Shown one piece after another: positions 38,713-52,364 of a stretch of 64,000 nt of DNA. Both the position numbers and the translations under genes were made by a program. Each line of letters starts with the position of its first letter. The first letter of the stretch is position 1. This stretch comes from Mobula hypostoma (taxonomy: Eukaryota): assembly GCF_963921235.1 (NCBI RefSeq), contig NC_086097.1, forward strand, positions 178,376,001 to 178,440,000, in the 5' to 3' direction. The notes beneath the pieces are model-generated. The model was given only the letters and a program-made list of their open reading frames with translations. It was not told the origin of the DNA and ran no database searches.

Positions 38713-38720
<8 letters not shown>
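38140..38720 (+). mobile_element. Penelope-like element 3' end: GIY-YIG C-terminal half plus pseudo-LTR
   Basis: RLGDCF...DLPVATHFNS.SHS...LRLEKQHLMFCLGSL*PNGMN, then a pyrimidine-rich tract and the repeat arm. Confidence 0.85.
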
Positions 38721-38744
<24 letters not shown>

Positions 38745-38746
<2 letters not shown>

Positions 38747-39350
38747 ACCATGTACTTCCTCAGAACACTAATGAAACTCCACATGGCCCCAATAACCCTC
38801 ACCAATTTTTACAAGCACAGTAAGCATTCTATCTGGCCGGTATGGCAACTTCTCTGCTCAAGATTCCACGAAAGTGCACAGAACTCTAGACACAGCCCAG
38901 TTCATCACACAAACCATCCTCCCCTCCATGGATTCTGACTATACTCACTGCCTCAGAAAGCAACCAGCATGATCAAAGACCCTTCCCAACCCCAGTTATC
39001 CTGTTATCTTCTCTTCTCCCCTGCACACCCCGCCCCCCAAATTAGGCAGAAGATACAAAAGGTTGAGAACATGTACCACCAGGCTCACGAACAGCTTCTG
39101 TCCCACTGTTATAACTTCTTGAACAAACCTCTCATACCCTCAAAGATGAACTCTTGATCTCACAGCTCCGTCTTTTGCATTTCATTTGCCTACCTGCACT
39201 GTGCTTTCTTTGTAACTGTAAAACTACATTCTGCATTCTGTTATAATTTTGCTACATCAGTGTAATTATGCACGGTACAATCTGTCTGGATAACCAGAAA
39301 GCCAAGACTTTTCACTGTAGCTTTGTTGGTTGACTATAATCAACCAACAC
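38745..39350 (+). mobile_element. Rex1/Babar 3' fragment
   Basis: YFLRTLMKLHMAPITLTNFY and MIKDPS, plus tail. Confidence 0.75.
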
Positions 39351-39404
39351 CAATACCAATACCAAACCCACCCATGCAGAAGTCTGATTTGCCTCAAGTC
39401 ACAA

Positions 39405-39950
39405 AAAATTGCGAGTTGGTAGGATCGTTAAGAGGGTCTATGATGCGCTGGACTTCATTAGTCAGGAGACTGAGTTCAAAATTCACAAGATAACATTGCA
39501 CCTCTGTAAAACCTGGTTAGGCCAGCTATGGGGTATTGTATTCAGTTCTGGTCATAGCAAGGATGTAGAATCTTTAGAGAGGGTGCAGAGGAGATTTACC
39601 AAGATGTTGCCTGGATTAGAGGACATTTCTTGCAAGGAAAGATTGAGCAAGCTAGGACTTTTCTCTTGGGAGTGAAGGAGGGTTAGAGGTGACTTGATAG
39701 CGGTGTATAAGATTATGAACGGTATGTAACTGATTATGAATGGTGCGTGCCTGGAATGCACTGCTGAGGTGGTGATAGATGCTGATACAATAGGGACATT
39801 TAAGAGATTCTTAGATAACTACATGGATGTAAGAAAGTGGAGACTGTGCAGGAGGCAGGAACTAGATTGCTCATGAAATAGGTTTATATAGGTTAGCACT
39901 CTATTGTGGGGCCAAAGGGCCCATACTGGGCTATACTGTTCTATGTTCCG
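39405..39950 (+). mobile_element. CR1 3' fragment
   Basis: LERVQRRFTKMLPGL and a TTCTATGTTC tail. Confidence 0.85.
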
Positions 39951-40589
39951 AGTTCAGCAAGGCCCAGACCTTAGGATGGAAAAATAGCATGAGAGGGAGG
40001 CAGAAAGGTTTCAGAAGGAAATCCTAGAACTTGGGGACCTGATAGAGGAAGGAATGGCTTCCGATTTTGGACCATGAAATTGCAGGTTGAGCAAGAGGCC
40101 ATATTGAAGAAGTGTAGAAATTGTGAAAAGATATAGGGCTGGATAATTTGGTAAATTAAATTATTTCTTGTCACATATACCAAGGTACAGTGAAAAACTT
40201 TAGTTTTGTATGCTAGATAATTTCATCACATCAGAGCATCGAGGTAGTGCAGCAGAGAAGCAGTACAGAACACAGAGGAAGTACAGTGCGGGCAGGCAGA
40301 CCATAAAGAGCAAGGCCATGACAAGGCAGATTGTTGGTCAAGAATCCATCTCGTTGTACTGTATCAGGGTCCATTCAATAGTCAGGTTAGAAGCTGTTCT
40401 GAGCCTGGTGGAATGTGCTTTCAGGTTTTGAAGACAGGAGAAGAGAAAATGCACGGAGTGGGAGGGGTCTTTGATCATGTTGAAAGATGGAATTTGAAAA
40501 TATGCATCTTCCATGGAAATTACAGTCATCACATTTCATTTGTTTGAATAAAAACAATTTTCTGAAGTGATTGTTACATCACAAATCAA

Positions 40590-41490
40590 GATATGTTCCA
40601 GAAGGTCTGCTACTTTTCAAGTTATGTGTCAGTGATCTGGATGACAGAGTTGATGGTTTTGTGACCCAGTCTGCAGATGATATAAAGATTCGTGGAGGCA
40701 GGGAGTCTGCAGAATGACTTGGACAGTTTAGGAAAATGGGCAATGAAAGGCAAATGGAATACAGCACAGGGAACTGAATGGTCATGCAGTATGGTAGAAG
40801 GAATAAAGGCATCAACTATTTCTAAGTGCAGAGCAAATTTAGAAATTGGAAGTGCAAAGGGATTTGGGAGCCCTAGTGCAGGATTCCCTGAAGATTAACG
40901 TGGAGGTTGAGTTGGTAGTAAAGAAGGCAAATGCAATGTCAGCTTTCATTTTGAGAGCACTAGAATATAAAAGCAAGAATACAATGCTAAGGCTTCATAA
41001 GGCATTGGTCAGACTATATTTGAGGACAGTGAGCATATTCCAAAGAAGGATGTGGTGACATTGGAGGGGGTCCAGAGCAGGTTTTGAGGGTAATCCTGGG
41101 AAAGAAAGGGTTAACATATGGGGAGTGTCTGTACATGCTGGAATTAAGAAGAATAAGGGGGATCTCGGTGAAACCTGTGTGAATAGAGTGAACATGGCGA
41201 GCATGCTTCCAAAAGTGGGAGCGTCTAGGACCAGAAGGCACAATCTCAGAATATGACATCCCCTTAGAACAGAGATAAGGAGGAATTTCCTTAGCCAGAC
41301 GGCTGTGGAGGCCAAGTCACCTGACATATTTAAAGTGGAAGTTGGTACTTTCTTGAATAGTAGGGGCTTCAAAGGTTTTGCGGAGAAGGCGGGAGAATGG
41401 GGTTGAGAGGGAAAATACTTCAGCCATGATCAAAGCAAACTTTTTGGGTCAAATGGCCTAATTCTACTCTTATGTGTTGTGTTCTTATGA
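40590..41490 (+). mobile_element. CR1 3' fragment
   Basis: VQRDLG...VVKKANAM...LRLHKALVR and tail. Confidence 0.85.
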
Positions 41491-41934
41491 GCCTGAAATG
41501 TCAACTGTCCATTTGCTCCCTCAGATGCTGTCTGTTCTGTTTTCCTCCAGCAGTTTGTGTGTTGCTCCAGATTCCAGCACGAACCTCAGTCTCCTGTGTC
41601 TCCATTGGTGTACTGAGGCCACTATAACAACTCGGTGTTCCCTCAGCAACATCTCCTCATTGTACCGGAGTTCAAAGAGGACTGGTGCGGTTGGTAGAAC
41701 TACTGCCTCAGAGCTCCAGAGACCCTGATGCAGCCCTGACTTCCTGTGCTGTCTGTGTGAAGTTTGCATATTTTCTTTATGATAATGCAGTTTCCTCCCA
41801 TGTCCCAAAGACGTGTGTCTTGGTAGGTTAACTGGCTTCTAGTATGTGGCTTGAATCTGAGCAGATATCGATGGGAATGTGAGGAGCATAAAATGAGGTT
41901 AGTGGAAATGAATAGTTGGTGATCAGTGTAAACC

Positions 41935-42350
41935 TTGTGGGAAGTAGTCAGAGATACAAAAATTCGTGCCATTAGATTGGAGACCCTTGAGATGGAATAT
42001 GAGGTGTTGCTCCTCCCATATGCATCCAGCCTAAACCCAGCAGGGAAGAGGCAGTGGATAGACATGTTGGTGTGGGAATGGGAAGTGAAATTAAAATGAG
42101 CAGTCAAAGGGAGACCCGGTTGCTATGGAGGATGGAGTGGTCGATGAAGCGGTCCTTCAACCTGCATTGAATCTCACCATTATAGAGCAGGCTGAACCAC
42201 GGGCACCAGATTCAATAGTGATGCCAATGCATTCACGTGTGAAGGACTGCATCACCCAGAAGGACTGTCCAGGGCCTTGAATGGTGGTGAGAGAGGAGGT
42301 GTAGGACCAGGTATAACTCAGAGTGAGAAAGCATGTGGCAGAGAAGATGG
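41935..42350 (-). mobile_element. Penelope-like GIY-YIG remnant
   Basis: YTSSLTTIQGPGQSF and AHFNFTSHSHTNMSIHCL, homologous to 38147..38338. Confidence 0.8.
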
Positions 42351-44689
42351 TGAACAGTGTAAGCAATGCTAATGGTCAGGAGCATTTCCCTAGTGCTATG
42401 CTATGAATTTTTTATCTCGCTCCATGTAATTTGGGTGTTCATACTGATCTCCTTTGTCAGTAATAGGAACATCTCTTTGGCTGGGTACAGGTGATTGGAG
42501 TCAATTCTTTCTGAAGCCTTAAGAAGTAGTTAATTAAAACAAAGACAAAGAGGAAGTCACTCTGCCAATCTGGTTGTCCTCTAAATCAGGCAGGAGAGAC
42601 AAAAGCCTGAAAGCATGCACTACTAGGCTCCAGGACAGCTTCTTATCACACTACTATCAAACTATTGAATAGTTCTTTAGTACACTAAAATAGACTCTGA
42701 ACCTCACAGTCTATCTCGTTATGGCCTTACACCTTATTGTCAGCCTGCAATGCATTTCTCTGCAACTTCCTTTGTACTACTTTGACGTGACAATAATAAG
42801 CAAATCTACCAACTTTTGGAGTTCACACATTTCCTCTTCAAGATGAATAAAAAGGGTTTAGAGGGATTTGGACCAAATATAGGTACATGGAAATAGCCTA
42901 AATTGACACTTTGATTATCAGAGCTCTTGAAGTAACCAGCACAAGTCTAATCACTACAGTTGCGTAACATCATTTGCATTGAAATAGACTTTTGTTTCTT
43001 CTTTTTTTTGTTCTTTTTTGTAAAGATTTGGTATAATTTAAGTTTTTTTTTCTTGTGAATGCTGCTTTTATGGCACTACCTATGTGCCTGTGATACTCCT
43101 GCGAGTTTTTCATTGCATCTGTGCAGGTGATAATGAACTCAACTTTGATTTTGATAGAAATAAATTATGCAAAAAACAGTCAGCCTCCTCTGCTCCAAGG
43201 GAAACAACAACACAAGGAAAACAAGGAGAACAAATTCAACCTGATTGTCTCCTAATTTCTGAAGTGTCTTACCCCAGGTAACATCCTGGTGAACCCCTAA
43301 TATGTTGTCTGGACACATAACAACCTGTGAACTGAACCTAGGATACAATGACTACTAATGATGTTTCTGCAAACTTGTTTTGTACCTACTCTTAACCCAA
43401 CTTTTGCCTCACTTCCTGATTCTTTCCCACTCTCTTTAATCCCATCACCTTTTGCTATTTGAACTCCCCTGCCTCCCACAGCCATTCCCTCACCTTCTTT
43501 ATTCTCCCCAATCTTTTATGTACCTGATTTCCCACTTCTGGTGCCAGGTCAGCCACAGGAAACTTCCTTTCTCTATGGTTGCTGCTTGCTCTGCCAGTCA
43601 TTTCCATCACCTTTGCTAACTTCTAATGTGCTGTGTCCTTGACTTTACCACTACAAAAAGTCACAGCAACTTTACAAAACAGGATTCGAAACTCTTAAAC
43701 TAGTTTCTGTATTAACCAGGTCATGTCAACGACATAACTCAATTTGCAGCAGAATTTATGGTAAATATTTGCAACACTTTAATGAATTGGCATATTATTA
43801 TTTTTTGAAGTGTATTATTTCCCCTGTTGTGTAGCACTTTCTGCAGCAGTTTACTTAAATACATTGATATAGGGGCCGATGGGAGTAAAGAACTATCTGA
43901 TTTGTGTGATGCACAAGCCGCAGAATAAACCCAAAATAGAACAAGCTAAAACATAATTTCTCTGTGCGATGTCAGGTTTTATTAAATTTCACAAAATATG
44001 GCACATTTCATGTCGGCTTGTATTGGAATATAAATGAATTCATTCATTTTTTTTTACTTTTGGTGTTTCATCAAAGCCTCATTCAGAACACATCAATAGC
44101 AACAAAGCATCCATTTGCGGCAATCTTTGAAACAGAACAACCTGATTGAGGTACAGTGCAATTATTGCAGCAACTTATTGAAGAACAAAGACTGGTGTCA
44201 GTCTGATGTTCCATCTACCCTGTCCCCATTCACAATATCTCATGGAAAGATGAGCCTGGAGACCAGACTGCTTTTATTTTCTTCTGTTTTGTGTACGGAT
44301 TTTGAAGTTTCTGTCTACATACCAGGTGCACAGAGAGACTTGTGTTTTGGTGATTGTAAGATATTACTGAGAAAGGAAAGACACTCATTTCTACTGGGAC
44401 CGTTCACATCCAGAGCCAGCCATGCAAAGCACTGAAATGTAGTCATTATTGTGATGTAGGCAGGAGCGTGTGCAGGAATTTCAATTTGCTAGCTTTTGGC
44501 GGACTGTGTACTGTACTTAAGGTCATAGAGTCACAGATTCATACAGCATGGGAAAAGCTCTTCAGTCCATCGAGTCTATACCGACTGTCAACAACACTGT
44601 CACAAAATCCCTATTTATTTTCCCACATCACAATCAACTCCCCCCCCCCACCAGATTCCACCACTCACCTACACACCAAGGGAAATTTA

Positions 44690-45265
44690 CAGCCTTTGCC
44701 AAGGAAGCTCCCAAGCTCCCAATGCTTCTACTTCCTCAGGAGACTAAAGAAAGTTTCACCCCTGCCCAGTATTATCGATGCACCATGGACAGCATCCGAT
44801 CTGGATGTATCACAGCTTGGTATGGCAACTGCTCTGTCTGTGATTGCGAGAAACTGAAAGAGTTAGAGACACAGCTCAGCACATCACAGAAACAAGCCTC
44901 CCCTCCATGGACTCTCTCTACACTTCCTCAGTAAAGCAGCCAGCATCATGAAAAACCCAGCCACCCCAGACATTCATTCTTCTCTCCTCTTCCATTGGTC
45001 AGAAGATATACATTCCATCAGGCTTAGAACAGCTGTAGTAAGACTATTAAATCATTCCCTGGTCTAATAACATGGACTGTTGTCATCATAATTTACCTTG
45101 ATATGATCTTGTGCATTATTGTTTACCTGCACTGTGCTTTCTCATTAGCTGTTATACTTTTTTGCATTCTGTTTTACTTCAAAGCATTGTGTAATGAAAT
45201 GATGTGTTGGACAGTGTGCAAAATAAGTTTTTCACACGTGCTTAGTTAATGTGACAATAATAAGT
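44690..45265 (+). mobile_element. Rex1/Babar 3' fragment
   Basis: YFLRRLKK and YRCTMDSIRSGCITAWYGNC. Confidence 0.8.
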
Positions 45266-45689
45266 CAAACCCAATCCCAACAGAAGCACCTTGGGGAAGC
45301 CCACACAGTCTCAGGCAGTATGTGCAAGGTCCATACAGGTAGCACAACTTTGAGGGATGTATGGCCATGGACCCCAAGATATCTCTGTTCCTCCACACTG
45401 CTAGAAAACCTGCCATTAATCTGGTACTCTGCCTTAAAGTTCAACCTTCCAAAGTGTATCACTTCATACTTCCAAAATTATGGAATGGCTACTGCACATG
45501 CTGATTATACCTTGCACTCATTTGTACCTGTAGGAAATACTTCAGGCAATTTATGCATGGCAAGTTTCCACATACAACACTGACCACATCATGCAAGGAG
45601 TTATTTATCTCTGGCAGCTATTTCCAAATTTGTGCCCAAACTTTGATTTATTACTGTATCCTGTACACAGAACTAAATGAGTGGCATGT

Positions 45690-46320
45690 TAAAGACCTTG
45701 AGACCATAAGACATAAAAGCAGAATTAGGTCTATTGGCCCACTGAGTCTGCTCTGCTATTAGATAGTGGTTCATTTCTTTTCCCTGTACAATCCCATTCT
45801 CCTGCCTTCTTCCTGTAATCTTTGTCAGCCTTACTAATTAAGAACCTATAAACATCTGCATTAAATGCACCCAATGATTTGGCCTCCACAGTCACCCGTG
45901 GGAATGAATTCCTCAGATTCACCACCATCTGGCTAAGGAATTTTCTCCTCATCTCTGTTCTAAAGGGATGTCCTTCTATTCTGAGGCTGTGCCATCTGCT
46001 CCTAGACTCCCACTGTTGGAAACATCCTCTCCATTTCCACTCTATCAGTAGGTTTTAATGAGATCCTCCCCCATTCTTCTATACTCCAGTGAGTACAGGC
46101 CCAGAGTAATCAAATTCACCTCATACATTAACACTTTTATTCTCAGGTTCATTCTTGTAAGATTCCTCAGGACCCTTTCCAGTGCAGCACAACCTTTCTT
46201 AGATTTTGGACCCAAATCAGCTCACAATACTTCAACTATGGTCTGACAAACTCCTTATAAAGTGTCAGAATTATATCTTTGCTTCTATATTCTAGTCCTC
46301 CCAAAATGATTGCTAACAAT
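45690..46320 (-). mobile_element. CR1 3' fragment
   Basis: RRKFLSQMVVNLRNS and tail. Confidence 0.85.
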
Positions 46321-49212
46321 TGTCATGTCCCTTTTGCTAGGTCTTATAATAAAGAGCCAAAAAACACAGAGTGGATCTATTTAGAGACATTTTTGTTGCT
46401 AGCAATAATGAGAAACATCTCCTCTCCAGGCTCAATGGCTGGAGGCTGATTCTGATTTACAGCTTACAAAGTCCCTTTTCATACAAGTTTTCAGGTTATG
46501 CTTTGGCTGTTATCTGTATTTCAGGTAAGCTCCTCCACTTCAATACAGCTGCAAGGCCAGCAGTAGATCAACCACCCCTTAGTTACACAATGAACAAGAA
46601 TCAAGGATATTACATGCCTTCTGTCAGGTACACATTCAGCATATATCAAAGCAATATGGGATTTTACAGGTTCCAGTTTGTTACATTTACAAGTTTAAAT
46701 ACAAAATCTCAAAGTTTTGAATATATTTCTACACAATACTAAAGCATTGGCCAATGCTGGAAGTGTGGAAGTAAGAGGACAAATTTCTCCCCGCCTGCTT
46801 CGAGTACTGTCAGCTGAAGGGAAAGTATAGACCAAGACATCTCTGACTTGCACTCTTCGACATCTACTTTGGTAGGTTGCAAAACACAATATCATCAACA
46901 CTGTAGTGTTCTCTTCCAGCATCATGTTTCCTTGTGACAGGAAAGCTGTTATTGGGCTCTTTTTTTATGCAGTCCCATTCCCTACTGATTTTTCCCTGTA
47001 ACTTATTCTCCCCCCATTCCCAACAATTCCCCCAAGATTTCTCCATTCTCCTTATCACAAGACACAATTTACAGCAGCCTACTAATCTACCACTACACAC
47101 ACATAATGCTGGAGTCATTCAGGCAGCATCTATGGAAGGGAATAAACAGTTGACCTTTTGGGCCAAGACCCTTCATTGGGACTTATTAATCTACAGACTG
47201 CATGCCTCTGGGATATCAGAAGAAATAGGAGCACCTGAGGGAAGTCCACACATTCTCAGGGATAAAGTGTGAGCTCCACATAGACAACACCCCAGGTCAG
47301 GATTGAACTTGAGTCACTGGAGTTGCAAAATGACATCTCTACTAGCTGTGTCACTTGCTCAGGACTCTGGGGTAGATGTGAACATACGACCTTCCATCTC
47401 AAAGAGTGTTAGCTACCTGGTGACATAGAAGACCACATGTGATTTGGCATTGGTGGAAGATATATCCAATCATGAAGGGCAAGTCTGGTACTGTAGCAAT
47501 GATACTTTGACAGTACAGAGCCTTGTTTAACAAGGTCAATCATGAATAGCATAGACTGGGTGTATGCACTCAGTCAAGGACCAGTTGTCTCAGTGCTACA
47601 TGACACTGTAACTAACATCATCGTGGTTCTGAAGCCATACACAGAATAAAGATAGTGGGTTTCCTTCCTTCAAAGGCATTTAGAAACCAAAATGAACTTT
47701 TATTCCCATCTTGCTGTTTCACTGTTACCAGTTAAGGAATTCGATAATATAATTACTTGAAGTTAAACTCCTCAGTGGGAACTTGTGCTTTTGGATCAAT
47801 GGCGAAGTTTGTAGGTCAGTGATCATGCCACCTTGTCCAGACACATCATGGGGTGGGAGGCAGGGGAGGAAAGCACTGATTGGACTATTATGGGCAGTTC
47901 TCTGTGCCCCACTTGGGAAGGATCTCAAAGCCTGGAGAAGATGTAGAATGGAGATTTATGATTCCAACAATGTAGGAAGACACAAGGGACTGCAGATATT
48001 GGAATCTAAAGCAACACACAATATGCTGGAGGAACTCAACAAGTCAGGCAGCATCTGTGGAGAAAAACGGGCAGTCGATGCTTCAGGTCATGGCCCTCCA
48101 ATGGATGAAGGGACAAGTTAGATGGGTTGTTTGAAACAAATTCCTTTAATGGTGGCATGGTAGTGAGGTGGTTATTGTAAACTGAATTCAACAATCAGGG
48201 TTCAGTTCTCACAGGTGTCTGTAAGGAATTTGTACATTGTCCCTGTGACCATATGGGTTTCCTCTGGGTGCTCTTGTTTCCTCCCACATTCTAAAGACAT
48301 GTCTTTTAGAAGGTTTAATTGAGTGGTGCCGGCTCATTGGGCCAGAAGGACCTGTTACCATGCTATATCACCAAATAAACAAATAAAATAGTGTTCTTCT
48401 GCTTAGAAAAGAGCAAGGTAAGGAGACACAAGAACAATCGAGGGTATTTATGGAAGGGAAGGGGTTGGCGATGTTTCAGGTTAAAACCCTGCATCAAGGC
48501 TGAGTGTGGAGAGGGGAAATGGTCAATCTAGAGAGGAGAATGGGAGTAGGAAGAAAGGCTGGGAAGGCAAGATGATGAATATTTTTTCACAGAATAAACA
48601 AGGAGTAACAGCTTGCAGTGATGGGAAGGTCAGTGACCAGAGGAGATAGATTGGGGAGGATTCATACCAGTTTTATACAGAATCAGTGAACATCTCTCTG
48701 TGCTGCTCTTCCATTGTCAGATATTGTGGAGGGTGTTACAACTCTGATTACACCAGACTGCCATTCAGAATGAAGGGTAATAATTGCAGCATAATTGCTG
48801 CAAATATATTGAATGACAATCAACAATTGATTACCGGGAATTAAAGCAACCAACACACATATTATGATAATTACTGGTAACTCTGACGATTATTTGTGAA
48901 GCAGTTCTCTGGAATAGCTGAGTGCAGGCTTTGCGACAATTCCCTGCTGAACCCATCGCTTTAACTTCAGATTTTTCATCTGCTCTGCTTGCAGTTATGG
49001 AATTGAATAAATGAATAAAACTCAGTTTATTGAGAATCTGGGTAATGCAAGGAATATTAGATTGTCTAAATGCATTTGGGGAAGCTAGAATTTAATGTTA
49101 ATTGTGTTACTTTTTCATGTCAAGTTGCAAACAGTTCCTGCTGAGCCTTTCCATTTGCCTCGGGTGGGAGACAGAACCTCCGTTTCACACCACTTTTGAA
49201 ATGAAGCATTAC

Positions 49213-50125
49213 TGACAGTGCAGTACTCCCTCAGTACTGCCCCTCCTGCAGTGTGACATTCCCTCAGTACTGCCCCTCCCACAGTGTGACATTCCCTCAG
49301 TACTGCCCCTCCCACAGTGTGACATTCCCTCAGTACTGCCCCTCCTGCAGTGTGACATTCCCTCAGTACTCTCCCTCCCACAGTGTGACATTCCCTCAGT
49401 ACTGCCCCTCCCGCAGTGTGACATTCCCTCAGTACTGCCCCTCCCACAGTGTGACATTCCCTCAGTACTGCCCCTCCCACAGTGTGACATTCCCTCAGTA
49501 CTGCCCCTCCCACAGTGTGACATTCCCTCAGTACTCTCCCTCCCACAGTGTGACATTCCCTCAGTACTCTCCCTCCCACAGTGTGACATTCCCTCAGTAC
49601 TGCCCCTCCCACAGTGTGACATTCCCTCAGTACTGCCCCTCCCGCAGTGTGACATTCCCTCAGTACTGCCCCTCCCACAGTGTGACATTCCCTCAGTACT
49701 CTCCCTCCCACAGTGTGACATTCCCTCAGTACTGCCCCTCCCACAGTGTGACATTCCCTCAGTACTCTCCCTCCCACAGTGTGACATTCCCTCAGTACTG
49801 CCCCTCCCACAGTGTGACATTCCCTCAGTACTCTCCCTCCCGCAGTGTGACATTCCCTCAGTACTGCCCCTCCCACAGTGTGACATTCCCTCAGTACTGC
49901 CCCTCCCACAGTGTGACATTCCCTCAGTACTCTCCCTCCCGCAGTGTGACATTCCCTCAGTACTCTCCCTCCCACAGTGTGACATTCCCTCAGTACTGCC
50001 CCTCCCGCAGTGTGACATTCCCTCAGTACTGCCCCTCCCACAGTGTGACATTCCCTCAGTACTGCCCCTCCCGCAGTGTGACATTCCCCCAGTATCAACC
50101 CTCCCACAGTGTGACAGTCCCTCAG
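49213..50125. repeat. Minisatellite, 30-bp unit, about 30 copies
   Basis: CAGTGTGACATTCCCTCAGTACT(GC/CT)CCCTCC(CA/CG/TG) in head-to-tail array. Confidence 0.98.
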
Positions 50126-51119
50126 AACAAAATACTGATTCAGGTCAAGCCAAGTCAAGTTTATTTTCATGTGCACAAATATGGTGAGGTACAGATACAA
50201 TGAGAAACTCACAGCTGCATCGCAGGATGTTCAATCCATCAAGTCCATGATAGATCCAGGGAACATTCCCAGAATCCCATTCCCTCTGTTTCATGTCTCT
50301 GTGGTGAATTGTGGGTAAGCTATTTTGGCGCTGGAAGTGTGGTGACACTTATGGGCTGTCCAAAGCAGAACCCTCGCTGAGATAATTTGATACAAACAAT
50401 GCATTTTATCACTGTACATTTCAATATACATATGACAAATAAAACTAATCTTTAGTCTTTCGTGTTTCCCTACACCCCTGAAATTTATTCTCTCTCACAT
50501 CTGCCCAGCACCTGATTAACCAACTGAAATGGTTAAATAACTGCAACCAGTTAACCAGCATATCTGTCGGAGGGAAGTGGAACACCTGGAGGGAGTGAGA
50601 GGGAATATACAGTGCGGGGGTCAGGGTTGAACCTTGGTCACTGGAGTTGTGAGATAGCAACACCAACCCCATGGTGTTCTTTGGAAAAGCAGTCCAAGCC
50701 TCAGCAACAATGTTTGCTCTCTGTTTCCCAGTACCTCTCAAAAGATATCTTCAGCTGAAACACTTGGAGATGTTTCATCAAATTAACCTGAGTTCAAAAT
50801 GCATCGAGAGCATGGCATACGTGTTCAGGGGTGCTCCAGAAAAATGCTTCATCAAGCAAGAGGGGAAGGGGTGCAAAGGCCAGATTGGATTACAGAGATG
50901 GGGGAGCATAGAAACATAGAAAACATACAGCACAAGGCTGTGCCGAACATGTCCCTACCTTAGAACTACCTAGGCTTTACCCATAGCCCTCTATTCTTTT
51001 AAGCTCTAAGTAGCCATCCAGGAGTCTCTTAAAAGAGCCTCTCATTTCCACCTCCACCACCGCCACCGGCAGCCCATTCCATGTACTCACCACTCTCTGC
51101 GTAAAAAACTTACCCCTGA

Positions 51120-51720
51120 AGGATGGAGGGACCGGAGGAGGCTTTAGAGACAGCGAAGGGTGTAGGGCCAGAGGGGTTTACAGAGACAGGGAAGGGTGTA
51201 GGAACTGGTGGGATTATAGAGATAGGGAGAGGTGTAGAGGCTTGAAGGGTTCTGGCTGAGAGAAGGATGTAGAGGCTAGAGAGGGTTATAGAGATCATGA
51301 AAGGTGTTGGGACTGGAGGGAGGCACGGTGGTAGGGAGGGGTGTAGATCTGGAAGAAGTTACAGAGATAGAGAGGGTTATGGAGTTAGGGTTGTAGGGGC
51401 TGCCCAGGATGGGGGGGGGTGAGGAGGTAGGGGCCAGAGAGGGTCATAGTGACAGGGAGAGTTATAGGGGTTGGTGGGGTTACGGATATAGGGAGAGGTT
51501 TAGGAATCGTAGCAGTTCTGGCTTAGTGAGGGTTGTAGGGATTGGAATGGGTTACAAAGGTGGGTAAAGGTGGGCTATAGAGGTAGGGTGTGGAATAGGG
51601 GCAGTAATGGTGTAAGATCTGGTGGTAACAGAGATATGGAGGGGTGACGAGACAGGAGGGGTTACAGAGATAGGGAGTAGTGAGACCATTGAGGGATCTA
51701 AAAGCAATGATGTGAATTTT
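51120..51720 (+). repeat. G-rich degenerate tandem repeat
   Basis: Recurring GTTACAGAGATAGGGAGRGGTGTAG-like unit. Confidence 0.75.
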
Positions 51721-52364
51721 ATGATGAGGCTGATCCTGGATTGTGTGTGGGTGTGGGTCAGAGTAGAGTTGGTTACATCAGGTGGCACTGAGGGTTTTCG
51801 ACAAGTCCTTGTTTATGTCTGGTGGACCTTCAGAGACTGACCAGGAGAGCATTGGAAAAATGTGTTGCTTTCTTGGTAGCTGAGTGCTATTCACTGGAAG
51901 GAAGACTGATACGAAGTGATCATTTAAAACATACCACAGGAGTTCATGTGATTCAGTCCCGAGGAACCCTTTAATGGGTCTCTGACAGCTTGAAAAGCTT
52001 TTATCAGTCCTATCACAGTCAACTCCTTCTACACTGACCTTTTAGCTGCTCTAATAGCTGCATACATTGCTTTTCAGTTTGCATGATACTTATCCCTGTT
52101 CTCATGAGAATTATATTCCTTTAGTCTTTAAAAGCATTTATGTCTAAGTTGATTTGTCCTAGATCACCAGCAGTCAGCCATTTCAGTTTAGCCTTACCCT
52201 GCTTCCTTCCTTTGACCTTGGGTGACAAAGGTGTCTTCTATTCCTTATTAAGGATGCGTTTTGCTTGTACCCATAACCAACAGATGTCCCTTGATTCAAA
52301 TCATTTCTTCTGTGATGGATGGTCATCTGCTTAAATCGGAGATTAATGTTAGTCTACACTCCTT

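Noticed and set aside
44115..44435. ORF with CxxC (VQCNYCSNLL) as a host exon
   Set aside because: No recognisable family or convincing splice sites.
46321..46700. Possible LTR starting TGTCATG
   Set aside because: No matching TSD or partner LTR found.
49213..50125. CRISPR-like regular array
   Set aside because: Units are contiguous with no unique spacers, there are no cas genes, and the context is eukaryotic.
49115..50212. Long ORFs of 365, 291 and 316 aa
   Set aside because: Artefacts of a 30-bp unit lacking stops in several frames on both strands; no splice or domain context.
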